Both the position numbers and the translations under genes were made by a program. Shown piece after piece: positions 25,738 through 39,585 of a stretch of 64,000 nucleotides of DNA; position 1 is the first letter of the stretch; every line of letters begins with the position of its first letter. The notes beneath the pieces were generated by a model. That model was not told the DNA's origin. It saw nothing but the letters and a program-made list of their open reading frames with translations, and made no database searches. Source of the DNA: Octopus vulgaris. Its lineage: Eukaryota. Location of the stretch: the NCBI GenBank assembly GCA_951406725.2, contig OX597829.1, positions 15,128,001-15,192,000 on the forward strand, written 5' to 3'.

Positions 25738-26060
25738 CCGTGGTTCCCAACACGTTATTTGAATGAGTTCGCCTGTGCACTCCATTGAATATGCCTATCC
25801 TTATGTATGTATGTATGTATGTATGTATGTATGTATGTATGTATGTATGTATGTATGTATGTATGTATGCATGCATGTATGTACGTATGTATGTATGTAT
25901 TTATGTATATATATATATATATGTGTATATGTTTGTATATGTATATATACATATATGTGTGTGTGTGTGTATAAAATTTTGAACTTAGTTCATGGACTCC
26001 CAGTACTAACTTCGCGGACCACCAGGGATCCGTCCGCGGAACGCAGACTGGGAACCGCTG
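25738..26060. mobile_element. Possible hAT (Charlie-like) MITE relic with internal microsatellite
   Basis: Ends ccgtggttcccaac ... gactgggaaccgctg form imperfect TIRs; subterminal ccgcgg motifs; TSD not convincing. Confidence 0.35.
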
Positions 26061-26229
26061 TTTTTCAATGTAGGCCTTAAGACATTGGAAACGATACAAG
26101 ACAATACAATGTGATGTTACATTAAGAAGCTCGTAAAAATTAGAAAATACTAAGAATATGTATTCTGGCAATGATTAATTTCCCCAAAGAGGAAGGATTT
26201 CTTCGAGCTGCTCGTGAAATCCCAGTAAA

Positions 26230-27250
26230 ACCTGATCACAAGGGCATGTTCCCTCTACAAATTGTGTTCCTTCAGTCTACAAGCGCATGCATGTAGATTG
26301 AAGCCGGTCCGTTCACGTGGACCAATCTTCACACACCTTTCAACAAAATTGCTTAGAGACAGAACTTCCTTCTTTAAACTCATTTTCATTTTCAAATAAA
26401 CTTGAAAATGTAAATGAGAGCTTGGCCAAAGTGGAGAGTATCTGTTTTCAGGCTTTTCAATCTAGTCCTATGGCCATCAGTTAAAATAAACACTTCTTGG
26501 CCTTCCCAGTCAAAGGGAAGTGTCAAGACGATCTTCACAGTGAACTTACCCGATAGCCATATCCGTCCTACACGTGACAGCCTTCGATATATACTCACAA
26601 GTTAACAATGCACGGACACCAGACGAGAGCGTGACCTACGCATCTTATCTAGGTCAACAGTGCAGATTATAAACTTGTGATATGAGTAGGCGACCATTTT
26701 AAAACGTTTCACGTCCTACTCTATTACTGTGTGTTTTCCTAGTGGAAATTTTGTCTGAATACAATCTTGATGACGCTATGCGGTTGGTCCAGATCTACAC
26801 TGGCGCTTTAGGGAAATCTCATCAGTTGAAACTGACTGATCAGGTGCTTGAGGCTTTTGCACCCTCCGCTCCTAACAGCTACTCCCACACAATCCCAGCG
26901 TGCGTCGGACAGTAAAGGGTGAGACGTACCTAGAATAGTTTCACAAACGCCTAATGAAATCCGGCCGTTTTCCCCCGGTATAGGCAAGACACCATCGTCG
27001 CTATTGTTCACGTCCAGGACCACCAGTTTACCGTCTCGGTCCCGGAAGATCTACCTTACCTTCACATCCAGGTCTGTTCTAAACAGCACTGCCGTCCACC
27101 TCCCATTCCCGGCCAACTAACAGATGCAAAGATTTGATAGTAGCGCGCGCGTGTTGGGAATCCTTGTCTCGCTGACAGCAATTACGTCTAATTCCAAAGA
27201 CCCATGGTCATTAAGCAGATGGATGCCCTTGCTTCCAGAACGAATCCAGG
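26230..27250 (-). mobile_element. L1/Tx1-clade relic (APE endonuclease fragment and C-terminus)
   Basis: VLDVNNSDDG...ETILGTSHPLL...DARWDCVG...CKSLKHLISQFQL; C-terminal LSRVGRIWLS...KKEVLSLSNFVERCV. Confidence 0.6.
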
Positions 27251-27254
27251 TCTC

Positions 27255-28764
27255 AAATATTCAGTATAGCAGACAACATAAGAGAATTAATTAGCTTTAG
27301 CACGAACAAATGGAAAGTAGGTCTCAATCAGATGACTCACTCTTAACAACAAATGATATCAAAAGAGGAATTACCCAGCGGGACACGTTGTCCCCTTTTA
27401 TATTTGTCTTGTGTTTGTTCCCCTCTCAGTTTAGTATCAAGGAAGGCAAAAGCAGGGTATCAGTTCAGAAATGGAAAAATTAACCATTTGCTCTACATGG
27501 ATGAGGTGAAGCTTTTTTTAGTTAGAATGTAAAGGAGATTGATTCTTTAATACAGACTGTAAGACTCTTCAGCAAATATATAGGAATGGAATTTGACATA
27601 GATAAGTGTGTAATATTAGTCATGAGCTAAATGGTCCGAATCTAGTGAAGGCTGTAAATACTTGGGCAGTATCATTACTTATATACTCAGCAGCTTTTGT
27701 AGATTGGACAAAACTTGAATTAGCAAAACTTAACAGAGGAACTAGGAAAGAATTCAAAATGAATGGAGGACGCCACCCAAGGGCAGGAGTAGCAAGATCG
27801 TGCCTACCTAGAAAGACTGCGTGCAATTTTCTAGAGTAGATATAGATTCCTATGTAGGTAATAGTGAAGAAAGTTTATCGACGCTGCTAGATTCACAGCA
27901 AGATATAGGGAAAGCAAAACACCAAACGAACTTAAAAACCAAAAGAAGAACAGAAATTATCTGACTGGCGGGAAAAGGCGTTGGATGGTAGATTTCAAAA
28001 GATAGTTTCAGAAAATAGTATTACTGAGGCATGTTTATGGCTGCAGAAGGGAAAGATGAAGGATGCAGAAAGTTTGTTAGTAGCTGCACGAGATCAAGCT
28101 TTAAGGACTAATTGGATAAATGTCAAAATAGACAAAATCCAGTAGATTCCCAATGTAGATTATGCAAATCAAAAGAGAAAAGCGTTAGTCACAAAGTAAG
28201 TGAATGTCGCATGCTGGCACAGAAAGAATACAAGAAAAGACATGACAATCTAGTGGGAGCTATCCACTGGGAGTTCTGCAGAAACCTAGGATTTGAACAT
28301 GCTGAAAAATGGTATGAACATGAACCTAGTAAAGTGCTAAAAAATAAGAAGTACAAGATTTTGTGGGAGTCTAATATTCAGACTGACACAGTAATAAAAG
28401 TATTCGTGGATAAAAAGAATAGAAAGTGCCAGATAATTGACTTTACAATTCCAAATGTTGAAAAAATCTATACGAGAGGTATAGAAAAAATAGCAAAGTA
28501 CCAGGATCTAGGCAATCAATTACAGAAACTATGGAAAGTGCGGGTAAAATGTATCCCAGCAGTCAGAGGTACGTTGGGTACTACCCCTAAAGATTTGAAC
28601 AGATGGGTAGAAGAAATTGGCATAAGACCTAATTTAGTGCAGCTCCAGAAACCAGTGTTATTAGGGACAGCTAGTATACTTAAGAGCGTCCTTGGCATCT
28701 AAGGTTACTTGCTGTAGTCCGATGTTAGGAGTATTTCTTTTCCAACAGTTCCATCTGTTTTGTG

Positions 28765-28767
<3 letters not shown>
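27255..28767 (+). mobile_element. R4/Dong-clade LINE, 5' truncated, with 3' UTR and (TAA)n tail
   Basis: IKRGITQRDTLSP; INHLLYMDEVKL; CRLC...SHKVSEC...KKRHD; IIDFTIP...KIAKYQDL; LQKPVLLGTASILKSVLGI*; (TAA)n at 28768-28826. Confidence 0.9.
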
Positions 28768-28826
<59 letters not shown>

Positions 28827-28828
<2 letters not shown>

Positions 28829-29378
28829 GCCCTGATGCAGTACCAGGCAGTGGCTCTCATGGCTTCTGATCTTAACTGATTGGAAGTGTTATCACGTACA
28901 TTGTTTTGTCTTGGTATAAAAGATGGGCTACAGCAAATATTCTGCTCAATACCACAGATTTGCTTGTCAGTTGTTTGACCTTAACCAGTTGAGCATGTCC
29001 CTTGATGGCTGACGATATGTGCATCTCTGATCATGAGCAGGAGTAGTGGGGGAGCTTCATAGCCATGTGTTGAGTGAGGTTCTTTGGGGTTTGAATAATT
29101 CGTCTCTGGAAATCATGGGTGTTTCGTTCAACATCTTTAAATAACCCTTATTCTGGGACCTTTTGAGCGGGATGGGTTACTCGACAGGAAGAAAATTCTA
29201 ACTCCACCTGCAGGGTTATGCGTTGTTTATTTTGATATCAGATCACTATGTCGCGCCCACATTGTTGTGATGTATGTGCCTGGTGTACTCTTATCAGACG
29301 GGTAGTCATTATGGGTATATTGGGCTTTGTATATTTTACCCCAGTGTCACTTTGATGGCATGCACTGCTCTCTCACTC
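28827..29378 (+). mobile_element. Family E element, longest copy
   Basis: Flanked on both sides by (TAA)n; homologous to 24385-24836. Confidence 0.8.
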
Positions 29379-29400
29379 AATAATAATAATAATGATGATG

Positions 29401-29470
<70 letters not shown>

Positions 29471-29503
29471 TAATAATAATAATAATATTAATAATGATAA
29501 TAC

Positions 29504-29566
<63 letters not shown>

Positions 29567-30062
29567 TGATGATGACGATGATGATGATGATGATGATGAT
29601 TTCGTGTAATGAATTCCTTCATAAATCCTAATTAATATTGATATCACATTATTTTCTTCGTGTTTTATGTATTGCTTTAACTATCATAAAATTAGTTTTA
29701 TTTTCGGTCATCTCTTCTCCACTCCAGTCGGAAAAAATTGGCTAGACTAATTACCGCCTACCCTGTGAAGCACTTGTGGGTCGATTACCGAATGTACAAG
29801 TTGATTATGCATATGTGTGTATGCATTAGTGTATGCATATGTATGTATGTATACATATGCATATCTATGTATGTATGAATGTATACATATACATATCTAT
29901 GTATGTATGTATTTATACATATATATAAAGTATATTGTATACATATGTGTGTATGTATGTATGTATGCATGCATGTATGTATGTATGTATGTATGTATGT
30001 ATGTATGTATGTATGCATGTATGTATGTATGTATGTATGTATGAATGTATGTATGTATATAT

Positions 30063-30285
30063 CTAGGGAGAGTTTACGAAAAAAACAAAAGACGAAGAAA
30101 GGTGGTGTACAAAACAAACAGATGTATTAGTATAACGCCCAGGAATAGAAAAGTCTTTTACGTTTCGAACCTATGCTCTTCTACAGAAAGGGACGCAGAA
30201 AAAAAAACAAGGAGAAAAAAACAAGGAGAGAAACGAGGAGAGAAAAGAATGTGTGTAGTGGCTAACGATCTATCATGGTGACTCG
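30063..30285 (-). mobile_element. pLTR-like repeat carrying a minimal hammerhead variant
   Basis: Near-identical to 34592-34748; abuts a microsatellite. Confidence 0.65.
30153..30194 (-). ncRNA. Minimal type I hammerhead-like motif with CUGUAGA core
   Basis: Minus strand: gtcc-CTTT CTGTAGA A GAGC atag GTTC GAAA CG TA AAAG-ac. Confidence 0.55.
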
Positions 30286-30689
30286 TGTATGTATCTATAA
30301 AGATGATATATTAAAGGCCATACAACATCAATTCTTAATTTATTGACGTTACCTGAAAGTAAAACATTCGACTGGTGTAGAAGATCAAATAATTTCCCGA
30401 ATGAAAATTTCCCCACAATTTACATACCATTAACGAATAGACAGTCTGATCGATTAGATGAAGACAGCTGTTGACATCTTCCAGAGTTTTAATGGACGTC
30501 GGTCATAGTAATTGTCCTACACTGCTTCTATATAAATTTAGAGGGTAAAGTAGACATAAATAAAGATTAGCAAACATTCATAGCCCAGATCATTTCTACA
30601 CTTTCAAAGAGGTTGAGTTTAAAGAAGTTACTCAGAGTGGTCCGAGGTTTTCATTTGAGAAACAAAGAGAAAAAGAGTATATAGAACAC

Positions 30690-31050
30690 CATATAATATA
30701 AATTGTTGATTTGTGTTGTAATTATCTCCTTTTCGAGAGAAGTTGAGCTAATCGTCTGGCAACAATTGGGACCCACTCCAAATGAAGTCTGGCTGGGTCG
30801 AAGAACGCTTACTTCACTTCTGTTATCGTTAACCATCGAGACTTGCTCTTTCCGTTTGATCGAGTTGGAGAGTTTTCCCGTCGACATCTTCTGAAAAAGA
30901 CGCGTGATACTGGCCAGGCAATCCTTCGACTGACATCACCTTCTGCGCAACGCGCTGGACATACAGGGTCATCTAATATACGGGCGTGTATCACTTGCGA
31001 CACATAAAGGAATTCATAAACAGAGAGTGGGTGTAGTAGCCATTCGTTAG
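30690..31050 (-). mobile_element. Very decayed mariner-like transposase C-terminus
   Basis: AFFD...PDFIWSGSQLLPDD*...KGDNY loosely resembles mariner FF.SQP.EFY.SGI..LP.RW...GDY. Confidence 0.3.
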
Positions 31051-31189
31051 ACATGCCTTAGCGGTATGCTTCCTTAACAGCGTTGCAGTTTTGAGTCAAA
31101 GAAAGACCGAAACTGGGTGCCAGATATCTGGAATGTCATCCAACATCCAGCAATGCGAATAATGTCTTTCGCTTCGCTCATTTAGGAGT

Positions 31190-31620
31190 AGAAGGGTCTC
31201 AAATGACCTTCCACAGAGACTTCTAGAACAACTCTAGAACCTAGCGCATGCATTCTTCAGTGTTTCCTTCAGAAGTTGTTCGACAACCTCTTTGATTTTG
31301 GCCACTAGCTGTACCTTAGCCTTTTTCTCAACCAGACCTCACACATATTAATCGATAAGATTAAAATCGGAGTAGTTATTAGGTCAGTCATTTGGGCTAG
31401 AGAAGTCATAGAAATTCTCCGTAGCCAGTTCTGATTTTTTCCCAAGGGTATGGCAAAGACACTAATCCTGCTGCCATATACGTGGCTTTATAGCAGCAAC
31501 CTTCTCTAGCAAGGATTGATCAGAGTCTGCAGCAGCTTCCCATGGCTGTTCAAATATGTGGAGAGGAAATCTGCCGTGCGACTGCAGTCAGAATTTCTAT
31601 TGTTCTCCTTCTTGCTGTCC
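31190..31620 (-). mobile_element. Tc1/mariner (DD37D/maT-like) transposase C-terminal relic
   Basis: WQQD*CLCHT...ENFYDFSSPND*PNNYSDFNLID*YV*GLVE...LVAKIKEV...NACARF. Confidence 0.7.
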
Positions 31621-31905
31621 ACGGCTTTGTAATTCCCTTTTGCGGCTTTATATGTCACGTCTTCCAGCTTTGACAGTGTTCACGGGGTACCGGGCAGTAA
31701 CTATGATAGCAGCATTGTCATACCTGGTGTGAATTATCAAGATACGTACCACTTTTTTTCTAATATGAAGATAGCCTCCAGTCCTCAACGTCAGCTAGCT
31801 TTTTCTCAACTATGCCTTTAATCTTTATGGTCTTTAAAGCCGTTGACTGTTCACCAACACATCAAGCTGTTTCTGAAAACAAGAAAGCGATATAAATAAA
31901 TGCCG

Positions 31906-32305
<400 letters not shown>

Positions 32306-32503
32306 ACGTGCTTGTGTATGATTGACTGGACAAGTAATGACGTCGTTCTTTCTAATGTGAGTTGCCGCAGAAATTGTTGCCAAATTTGCAAACAGATTAT
32401 TGGCATACAGTTAAAATATTATTAATGATATATACGTATATACCTGTGTGTTAGTGTATAATTTCTTACGTGCGGTATGTACTTATGCATGTGTATATAC
32501 ATA

Positions 32504-32548
<45 letters not shown>

Positions 32549-33149
32549 AGAGAGAGAGAGAGAGTGAGACATATATATCAATCTTCATATATAAATAAAA
32601 ATACAATGCAAATAACTATATAGAATTAACTATAAATATAGTTTTTTTGTTATTGACCACACGAACGTTCTTTTCACATTATCATGCATACGCACATATA
32701 CACATACATACATATATACATACATATGTACGTACACACATACATTTATACATACATACATACATACATGCATGCATGCATACATACATACATGCATACA
32801 TACATACATACATACATATATATATATACAATACGTACATACATTCATACATACATCATACGTACACTCATAAGTACAATGCATATATACATACAATACA
32901 ATACATACATTCATGCATACAATACAATACATACATTCATGCATACAATACATACATACATATATACATTTATACACCATGTCTGTAAGATGCAATATTT
33001 TAACTTGGTGACAAGTTTCGTACTCAGAGTAAGATGATTGTCTGATTAGCCCAGTTGTTGCCACTTTCTCCTCCATCTTGAGACTTATTATTGTCACCAA
33101 GTGCTTAAGATATTCTATATAAAATACTTGTAATTCTCAAATTTATTGG

Positions 33150-33880
33150 ATCCTTAATTTGCTCAATATATATAAACAACTGAACAATATGTAGACCCCC
33201 AGCACATGGACCTACGTTTGACATTCATTCGGGAAAGTATACCATATGATTGACAGGTAAACAGTAGAAAGCTTCCACGAAAAAATGTACCAAGATAGAC
33301 CACTACTATTATATCGAATAATTGCTAAGAAAAAAATACATTCACAACTTTTAACGATCAATACTCTAAACTCTTGCTAAAGATAACTGATAAACGGGAG
33401 AGGAATATGTGCTGGAAGGCCTACATTTCGATGCTGATATGGCATCATCCACCATTGAATGCAATGGCATGAGAAGACGAAAGAAAAAAAACCTAGAGTA
33501 AAAGGCTTAGTTTCCTTAGATGCAGATTTCCTCATCGACAAAAAGTTCTGTACAAAAACACAATTACATTAGAATTTTTAAGAATCCTAAAATTAGCTTA
33601 GAGTTTTGTCATAAAACGAATGGCGAAAATGTGGTAAATCAGGATAAATATGACAGATTTTTACATGATAGCGTAACTAAGAAGTCCAAAACGGCGAGCA
33701 GTATAAGACTTGCATTAATGAAGACACCAAATAGGCAGACGTCATTAATAAGGTCACATGGCATATATCATGCCAAGCAGGAACTAAGAGGATACTTGAG
33801 GAGAATATCGGCCGATTTCGAGCAGAGTTAAGTTAAATCTGTTTCTGTACATGAAACTTAAGTCGCTTATATTGTCTATA
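33150..33880 (+). mobile_element. Penelope-like ORF fragments
   Basis: KYDRFLHDSVTKKSKTA and IYHAKQELRG resemble PLE Y.KLL..NITKTYKK and RLINPAK.ELG. Confidence 0.45.
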
Positions 33881-33929
33881 AAATATTCATAATTATAAAA
33901 TACTTTGATACCATTAATTTGCGTGCGCG

Positions 33930-34017
<88 letters not shown>

Positions 34018-34019
<2 letters not shown>

Positions 34020-34247
34020 CGGCGAGCTGGCAGAAACGTTAGTACGCTGGGCGAAATGCTTTGCGGTATTTCGTCTGCTGTTACGTTCTGAGTTCAAATT
34101 CCGCCGAGGTCGACTTTGCCTTTCATCCTTTCGGGGTCGATAAATTAAGTACCAGTTACGCACTGGGTCGATGTAATCGACTTAATCCGTTTATCTGTCC
34201 TTGTTTGTCCTCTCTGTGTTTAGCCCCTTGTGGGTAGTAAAGAAATA
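34018..34247 (+). mobile_element. SINE family B, young copy
   Basis: Near-identical to 15717-15949. Confidence 0.9.
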
Positions 34248-34471
34248 TATATATATAATAATTATATACATAATTATTATGTATAATAATTATATACATA
34301 ATGATAACAATGAATTAGCTATAAGACACTCCACGCGCTAGAAATAGACGCCAAGAGACGCTAATACCACCTTAAAAACTGAAAAAAATAAAACACGGGC
34401 TGCAGTCGGGCAAAAGAAAGATAATGAATTAAACTTTACTGTATACTTTTAAAAATGTGAATATATCTACC

Positions 34472-34553
<82 letters not shown>

Positions 34554-34591
34554 ATATATATATATATATATTTATTTTTATATATATATAC

Positions 34592-34748
34592 AGGGTGAGT
34601 TTACGAAAAAAACAAAAGACGAAGACAGGTGGTGTACAAAACAAACAGATGTATTAGTGTAACGCTCAGGAATAGAAAAAGTATTTTACGTTTCGAGCTT
34701 ACTACATAAAGGGACAGAGAAAAAACAAGGAGAGAAACAAGGAGAGAA
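34592..34748 (-). mobile_element. pLTR-like repeat (same family as 30063-30285) with an internally deleted HHR
   Basis: gagtttacgaaaaaaacaaaagacgaag...tacgtttcgagc shared with the 30063 copy. Confidence 0.7.
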
Positions 34749-35010
34749 TAATCCTTCGAAACGTAGAGTAGATGAGACCTTAGCCACTGAAGAAGGGTTT
34801 TTTTCTTTGTGTTAATTGTCCTGTACTCCATTTTTTTGTTGTTTTTAAAAAAATGTCCAGTTCCTTTGGTTTGTGTCTATGTTTTCGTTTCTCTTTGTGT
34901 TCGACGTCCCTTTGGTGTCCTGTACTCATATATGCGTGTATATGTACATGTAGAGGTAGGTACGTACATATATGTTTATATATATATGCATATGTTTTAT
35001 TTCATTTATT
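34749..35010 (+). mobile_element. pLTR-like repeat (same family as 660-1145), 5' truncated, with partial permuted HHR
   Basis: CCTTC-GAAA(34753-34761), 25 nt, CTGAAGA-AGGG(34787-34797); downstream homology to 925-1140. Confidence 0.65.
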
Positions 35011-35069
35011 AATATATATATATATATATATATATATAGATAGATAGATAGATAGTTAGATAGACATAC

Positions 35070-35112
<43 letters not shown>

Positions 35113-35113
35113 T

Positions 35114-35198
<85 letters not shown>

Positions 35199-35277
35199 GG
35201 TCCCGGGTTGATTCGGGGTTAACCACAGTAAATAAGGTACTCAATACTTCTAGTCCTGTAGAAGCTCCTTCTATATA

Positions 35278-35316
<39 letters not shown>

Positions 35317-35567
35317 GGTGAATATATATATATGTGTGTGTGTATGTATGTATGTTTAATGTTGATAGCTGATTTCTCTACTTTGTTCGAGGTAACCGAA
35401 ACTTCGTATTTCCTTGTTGAATAAGCCTATTTAATGTATATATTACAATGAATATAAATATATATACATAAATTATATAAACTTACATTAGTGAATGTCT
35501 GTATAAATAATAAATATGTGTGAATGTGTATATGTGTGTATCCGTGTTTGTGTATGTGTGTGTGCGC

Positions 35568-35598
<31 letters not shown>

Positions 35599-35800
35599 TG
35601 AGTGTGTGCGTGCGTGCATGCTCGTATAAGCGAAAGTTTGTTCAGAAACAACGTGGCCGCCATTCAGGAAATTTTACTAAATTTGACTTATAATTCCGAA
35701 TGCTTCCCAGAATAATAAATAAACAAATACTTAAGCAGTTTCTGAACCCCCTTTGCAGGTAATGCAGAAAAAGAAATGTAGAAACACAGTAAATTCTTAT

Positions 35801-35904
<104 letters not shown>

Positions 35905-36248
35905 CATACATACATAGCAACGCATTAGCCACAGCTTTTTAGGACCTTGTTTTCCATTTGATGATGGCTGTGTGTTTGGCATGAGCAAAGCAGCAGAATT
36001 AAAGCTGCGATATATCACACTGAACGGACTCTATCATCTTTGCGAATTCCTCTCTATCATATGTGTTGAACACTCAAATTTTCTCGTGTAAGCGCCTATG
36101 TGTGTATGTACGTGTGTGTATGAATACCCACAGATCGAATGCTCTAACATATACATATATATATAAATACACACACACATGCATATATATATCGATAAAT
36201 AAATGTCGATATATATATATATATAGAGAGAGAGACAGAGACAGAGAG

Positions 36249-36296
<48 letters not shown>

Positions 36297-36374
36297 TGAT
36301 ACGTGTAAATACATATGTAAATATATATAAATATATATATATAGAGAGAGAGAGAGAGAGTGAGAGAGATATAC

Positions 36375-36412
<38 letters not shown>

Positions 36413-36887
36413 TGAGAGAGATATACATATATATATGTGTGTGTGTGTATGTATGTATATTTGTAAAAATTAATATATATGCGTGAGTGTGTGTGCGTTA
36501 GTGTGTCTGTCTGTCAGTCTGTGTATATAATTCATTTACGCAGACAAAGAAACGAGGAAAAAAAAACAGCTGTTTCGCAAATTTAAATCCAGACAGAGAT
36601 AATTTCTTTATCTTAAACGGTTTTGAAACACTCAATAACTAGAGAATAAAAATATGTAACAAAATAATTGTAGATTTTATACGTATGTTTCTCTGCATTG
36701 TGTAGTGGTAGCAGTGGTAAGAGAAATATTTCTTTCTTTCTTTCTTCCATTCATTTTTTTTTTTTGACTTGATCAAAATATAAAGGCAAATAGACTGGAC
36801 TAAAGGCAGCCGCTGATAGTTACGTCGTTTGAGACACAAACGTTTATTGCTGTTTTTTTGTTAATTACTTTCGCTATTCTACTACTT

Positions 36888-36973
<86 letters not shown>

Positions 36974-37133
36974 GGTGGTAGTAGTAGTAATAGTAGTGAT
37001 GGTGGTTGTGATGATGGTGGTGTTTCAACACCCGATCATCCTTGATCCAACGGACATATAGCCAAAGGTATAACAACAAACAACACGTTGTGTGTGCATA
37101 TACATATACATACATACATATATATATATATGC

Positions 37134-37380
37134 GTGGAGGCGCAAGGGCCCAGTGGTTAGGGCAGCAGACTCGCGACCGTAGGATCGCGGTTTCGATTCC
37201 CAGACCGGGCGTTATGTGTGTTCATTGAGCGAAAACACCTAAAGCTCCACAAGGCTCCGGCAGGGGGGGGGGAGGGCGATCCCTGCTGTACTCTTTCGCC
37301 ACAACTTTCTCTTTCACTCTTTCTTCTCTTGGCCTGCTCACTTAGCCAGCGGGGTGGCGTCATTTGAAGACTAAAACAAT
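37134..37380 (+). mobile_element. SINE family C variant
   Basis: ggaggcgcaagggcccagtggttagggcag...gtttcgattcccagaccgggcg. Confidence 0.8.
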
Positions 37381-37435
37381 ATATATGCATATATGTGTGT
37401 GTGTGTTTATATGTGTGTGTTTGCATTTATATATA

Positions 37436-38696
37436 CAAGATGTGATGGGTAAATTATTGTCATTTTTTATTTTTTATTTTGCGCATTGTCTGGTTTAGAT
37501 TTTGTCTACTACATTGTATAATAGGGTCAGTTGGGCACCGTTTGTGAGAAACATAAGTACCATGACGCAATTCACTTAACCAGAAATTTTGAAACGATAT
37601 GCTGTACTGCTTGGCATTCACGCCGAACGCTCCAGTACGAACATTTCAGAATTTTTCGGTGTCAATCTGAGGACGGTGCAGAAGAATCAGAAAGTGTTAG
37701 ATGAATCTAATGATGATTACGAAGTTATGGCAGGTCGGAAAACACACTTTGATCGTTCTGATAAGAAAAGAACTCTTGAATTTGTTGGTGAGATTTAGGC
37801 CAGGATTTACAACAATCCCTCCAAGTCAATCAGGTCCATCGCCAGGGACTAGGAATGTCTGAGTTTCTGCTCAAGCAGGTAGTACATAAAGACATTCAGT
37901 ATTCCTCATATAAGGTGAGAAAGGGCCAATTTTTATCCCATCAAGAACAAGAGGAAAGACCGCGTTACGAAGCTTTTGAACAAAACTCAAGCATCTCTGC
38001 CAACCGAACATGCTTTGGTTTTTCTCAGACGGGAAAAGTTTCTGCCTTGATCAGATGGTGAACACAGCAACACCGTTGGCTTACCGTGTCCCAAAAACAT
38101 GTACCGTGTGTGATAAAAATCAAACATCTAGTAAATATTAATGGTATTTGGAGTGATCACTAGTGATGGTGGCGTTATGCTTCAATTCATCTTCCCACAC
38201 ATCCTCACATTCAACACGGAGGCCTACTTCAAATGCCTGCAAAGTGTTGTGCTACTATGGGTAAAGAGGGTGGCTGTTGGATGACCCTATATTTGGCAAT
38301 AAGACTTTGCACCATGCCAGACAAGCAGGAAAGCCCAGTCATCTGTGACCACATCACTTCTAACATCTGGTCACCTAACTGCCAGACTGCTGCCCGCTTG
38401 GTAATTATGTGTGAGGCGCAATTGAGAAGCAGACCAACAAACTTCTTGTAACACCAATGATGAACTGAAGGCAAGGATTATGGCAGCATTCACCAAATTA
38501 AACAGGGTGATAGTTCACAAGAGATGCAAGAGATTCCAAAGTCTTCTGGAGGCCGTGGTTAAAACCGATGGCGATTTTATTGAATAAATTTATTCTTTGG
38601 TATTTCAAGTATTTTGGTAAATATATCTGTTAAATTGAGATGTCAGGGTTATTTTCATTTTTGCATAATTTAGACGACAATTTATTCACTGCACCG
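37436..38696 (+). mobile_element. Full-length but dead Tc1/mariner (DD37D/maT-like) transposon
   Basis: About 1.26 kb, TA flanks, decayed TIRs; pseudo-ORF with HTH, NNPSKSIRSIA, FFSDGK.F, MVFGVITSDG, YIWQ*D.AP, WSPN motifs. Confidence 0.85.
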
Positions 38697-38777
38697 TATA
38701 TATAAGTGTGTGTGTGTGTGTGTGTGTATTTCTGTGCATGCTTCAGTCGTAAGGTTGTGGCCATGCTGGAGCCTATA

Positions 38778-38980
38778 CAAGGCCTGATCAATAAGTATCC
38801 GGACTGTTGCTATAGTAACGAAGCTAAGCACGTAGAGTGATGTCGCGTGGCACAGATTGACCTTGAACGCTACTGTGCATGCGCACTAAGTTTTAACGTT
38901 CTAGCTCACTTTCACTGTTTACAGTATTGTTTGGAAGGAAGGTGTGTAGCGTGTGTTTGTCGCATTGACCATGAAAGAGG
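38778..38980 (+). mobile_element. Mariner-like 5' end fragment
   Basis: TA-CAAGGCCTGATCAATAAGTATCCGGAC resembles a mariner TIR; ends just after a candidate ATG. Confidence 0.5.
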
Positions 38981-38984
38981 TTTG

Positions 38985-39489
38985 AAAGAGGTTTACTTCT
39001 AGCTGCTCATCCATATTACCCATGCTTATGCAGATATGTAGCATACATTCTTGAACTAACGTCTAGTGTGTTTTACAATGTCAGAAACCTTCGAACTGGG
39101 TTCGTTTTCCACAATTCTCTTCAAACAGCGAAGCTTCCTTTTCGAGGGCCCAGGTCGGCCGGGACGAGAATCTGTTGATCCTTTTCCTTGGCTTTTGAAT
39201 TGCACTATAATTCGTTTAAAAGTAGCAAGAGGAATTTGAAGATTTTCAGCAATTTTTCGCTGGCTAAGTAAGACCAGCCTCAGATTACCCAACGATCTCT
39301 TTGAAAATTTGACAGTTCTCCTGAATTTTTTGTGAGTGATATGGTTACTCTTCGCAAATGTTTAATATAATGGCACCTGGAATGAAAAAGAATAATAACA
39401 TTGTAAATTCTACACCACCGAAAGCATAATAAGGCGCTTAGATCAGAAATTTTGAAAATTAAAGGTGTCTATTTAATTCCTGCATGTCT

Positions 39490-39490
<1 letters not shown>
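38985..39490 (-). mobile_element. Tc1-like 5' fragment (paired-like HTH)
   Basis: TA-CAG terminus at 39490; [24 protein letters not shown]...RPGRP...LKRIVENEP. Confidence 0.75.
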
Positions 39491-39545
<55 letters not shown>

Positions 39546-39551
39546 ACATAA

Positions 39552-39585
<34 letters not shown>

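Noticed and set aside
35380-35415. GGTAACC-GAAAC-TTC-GTA half-hammerhead
   Set aside because: No CUGANGA core and no stem I.
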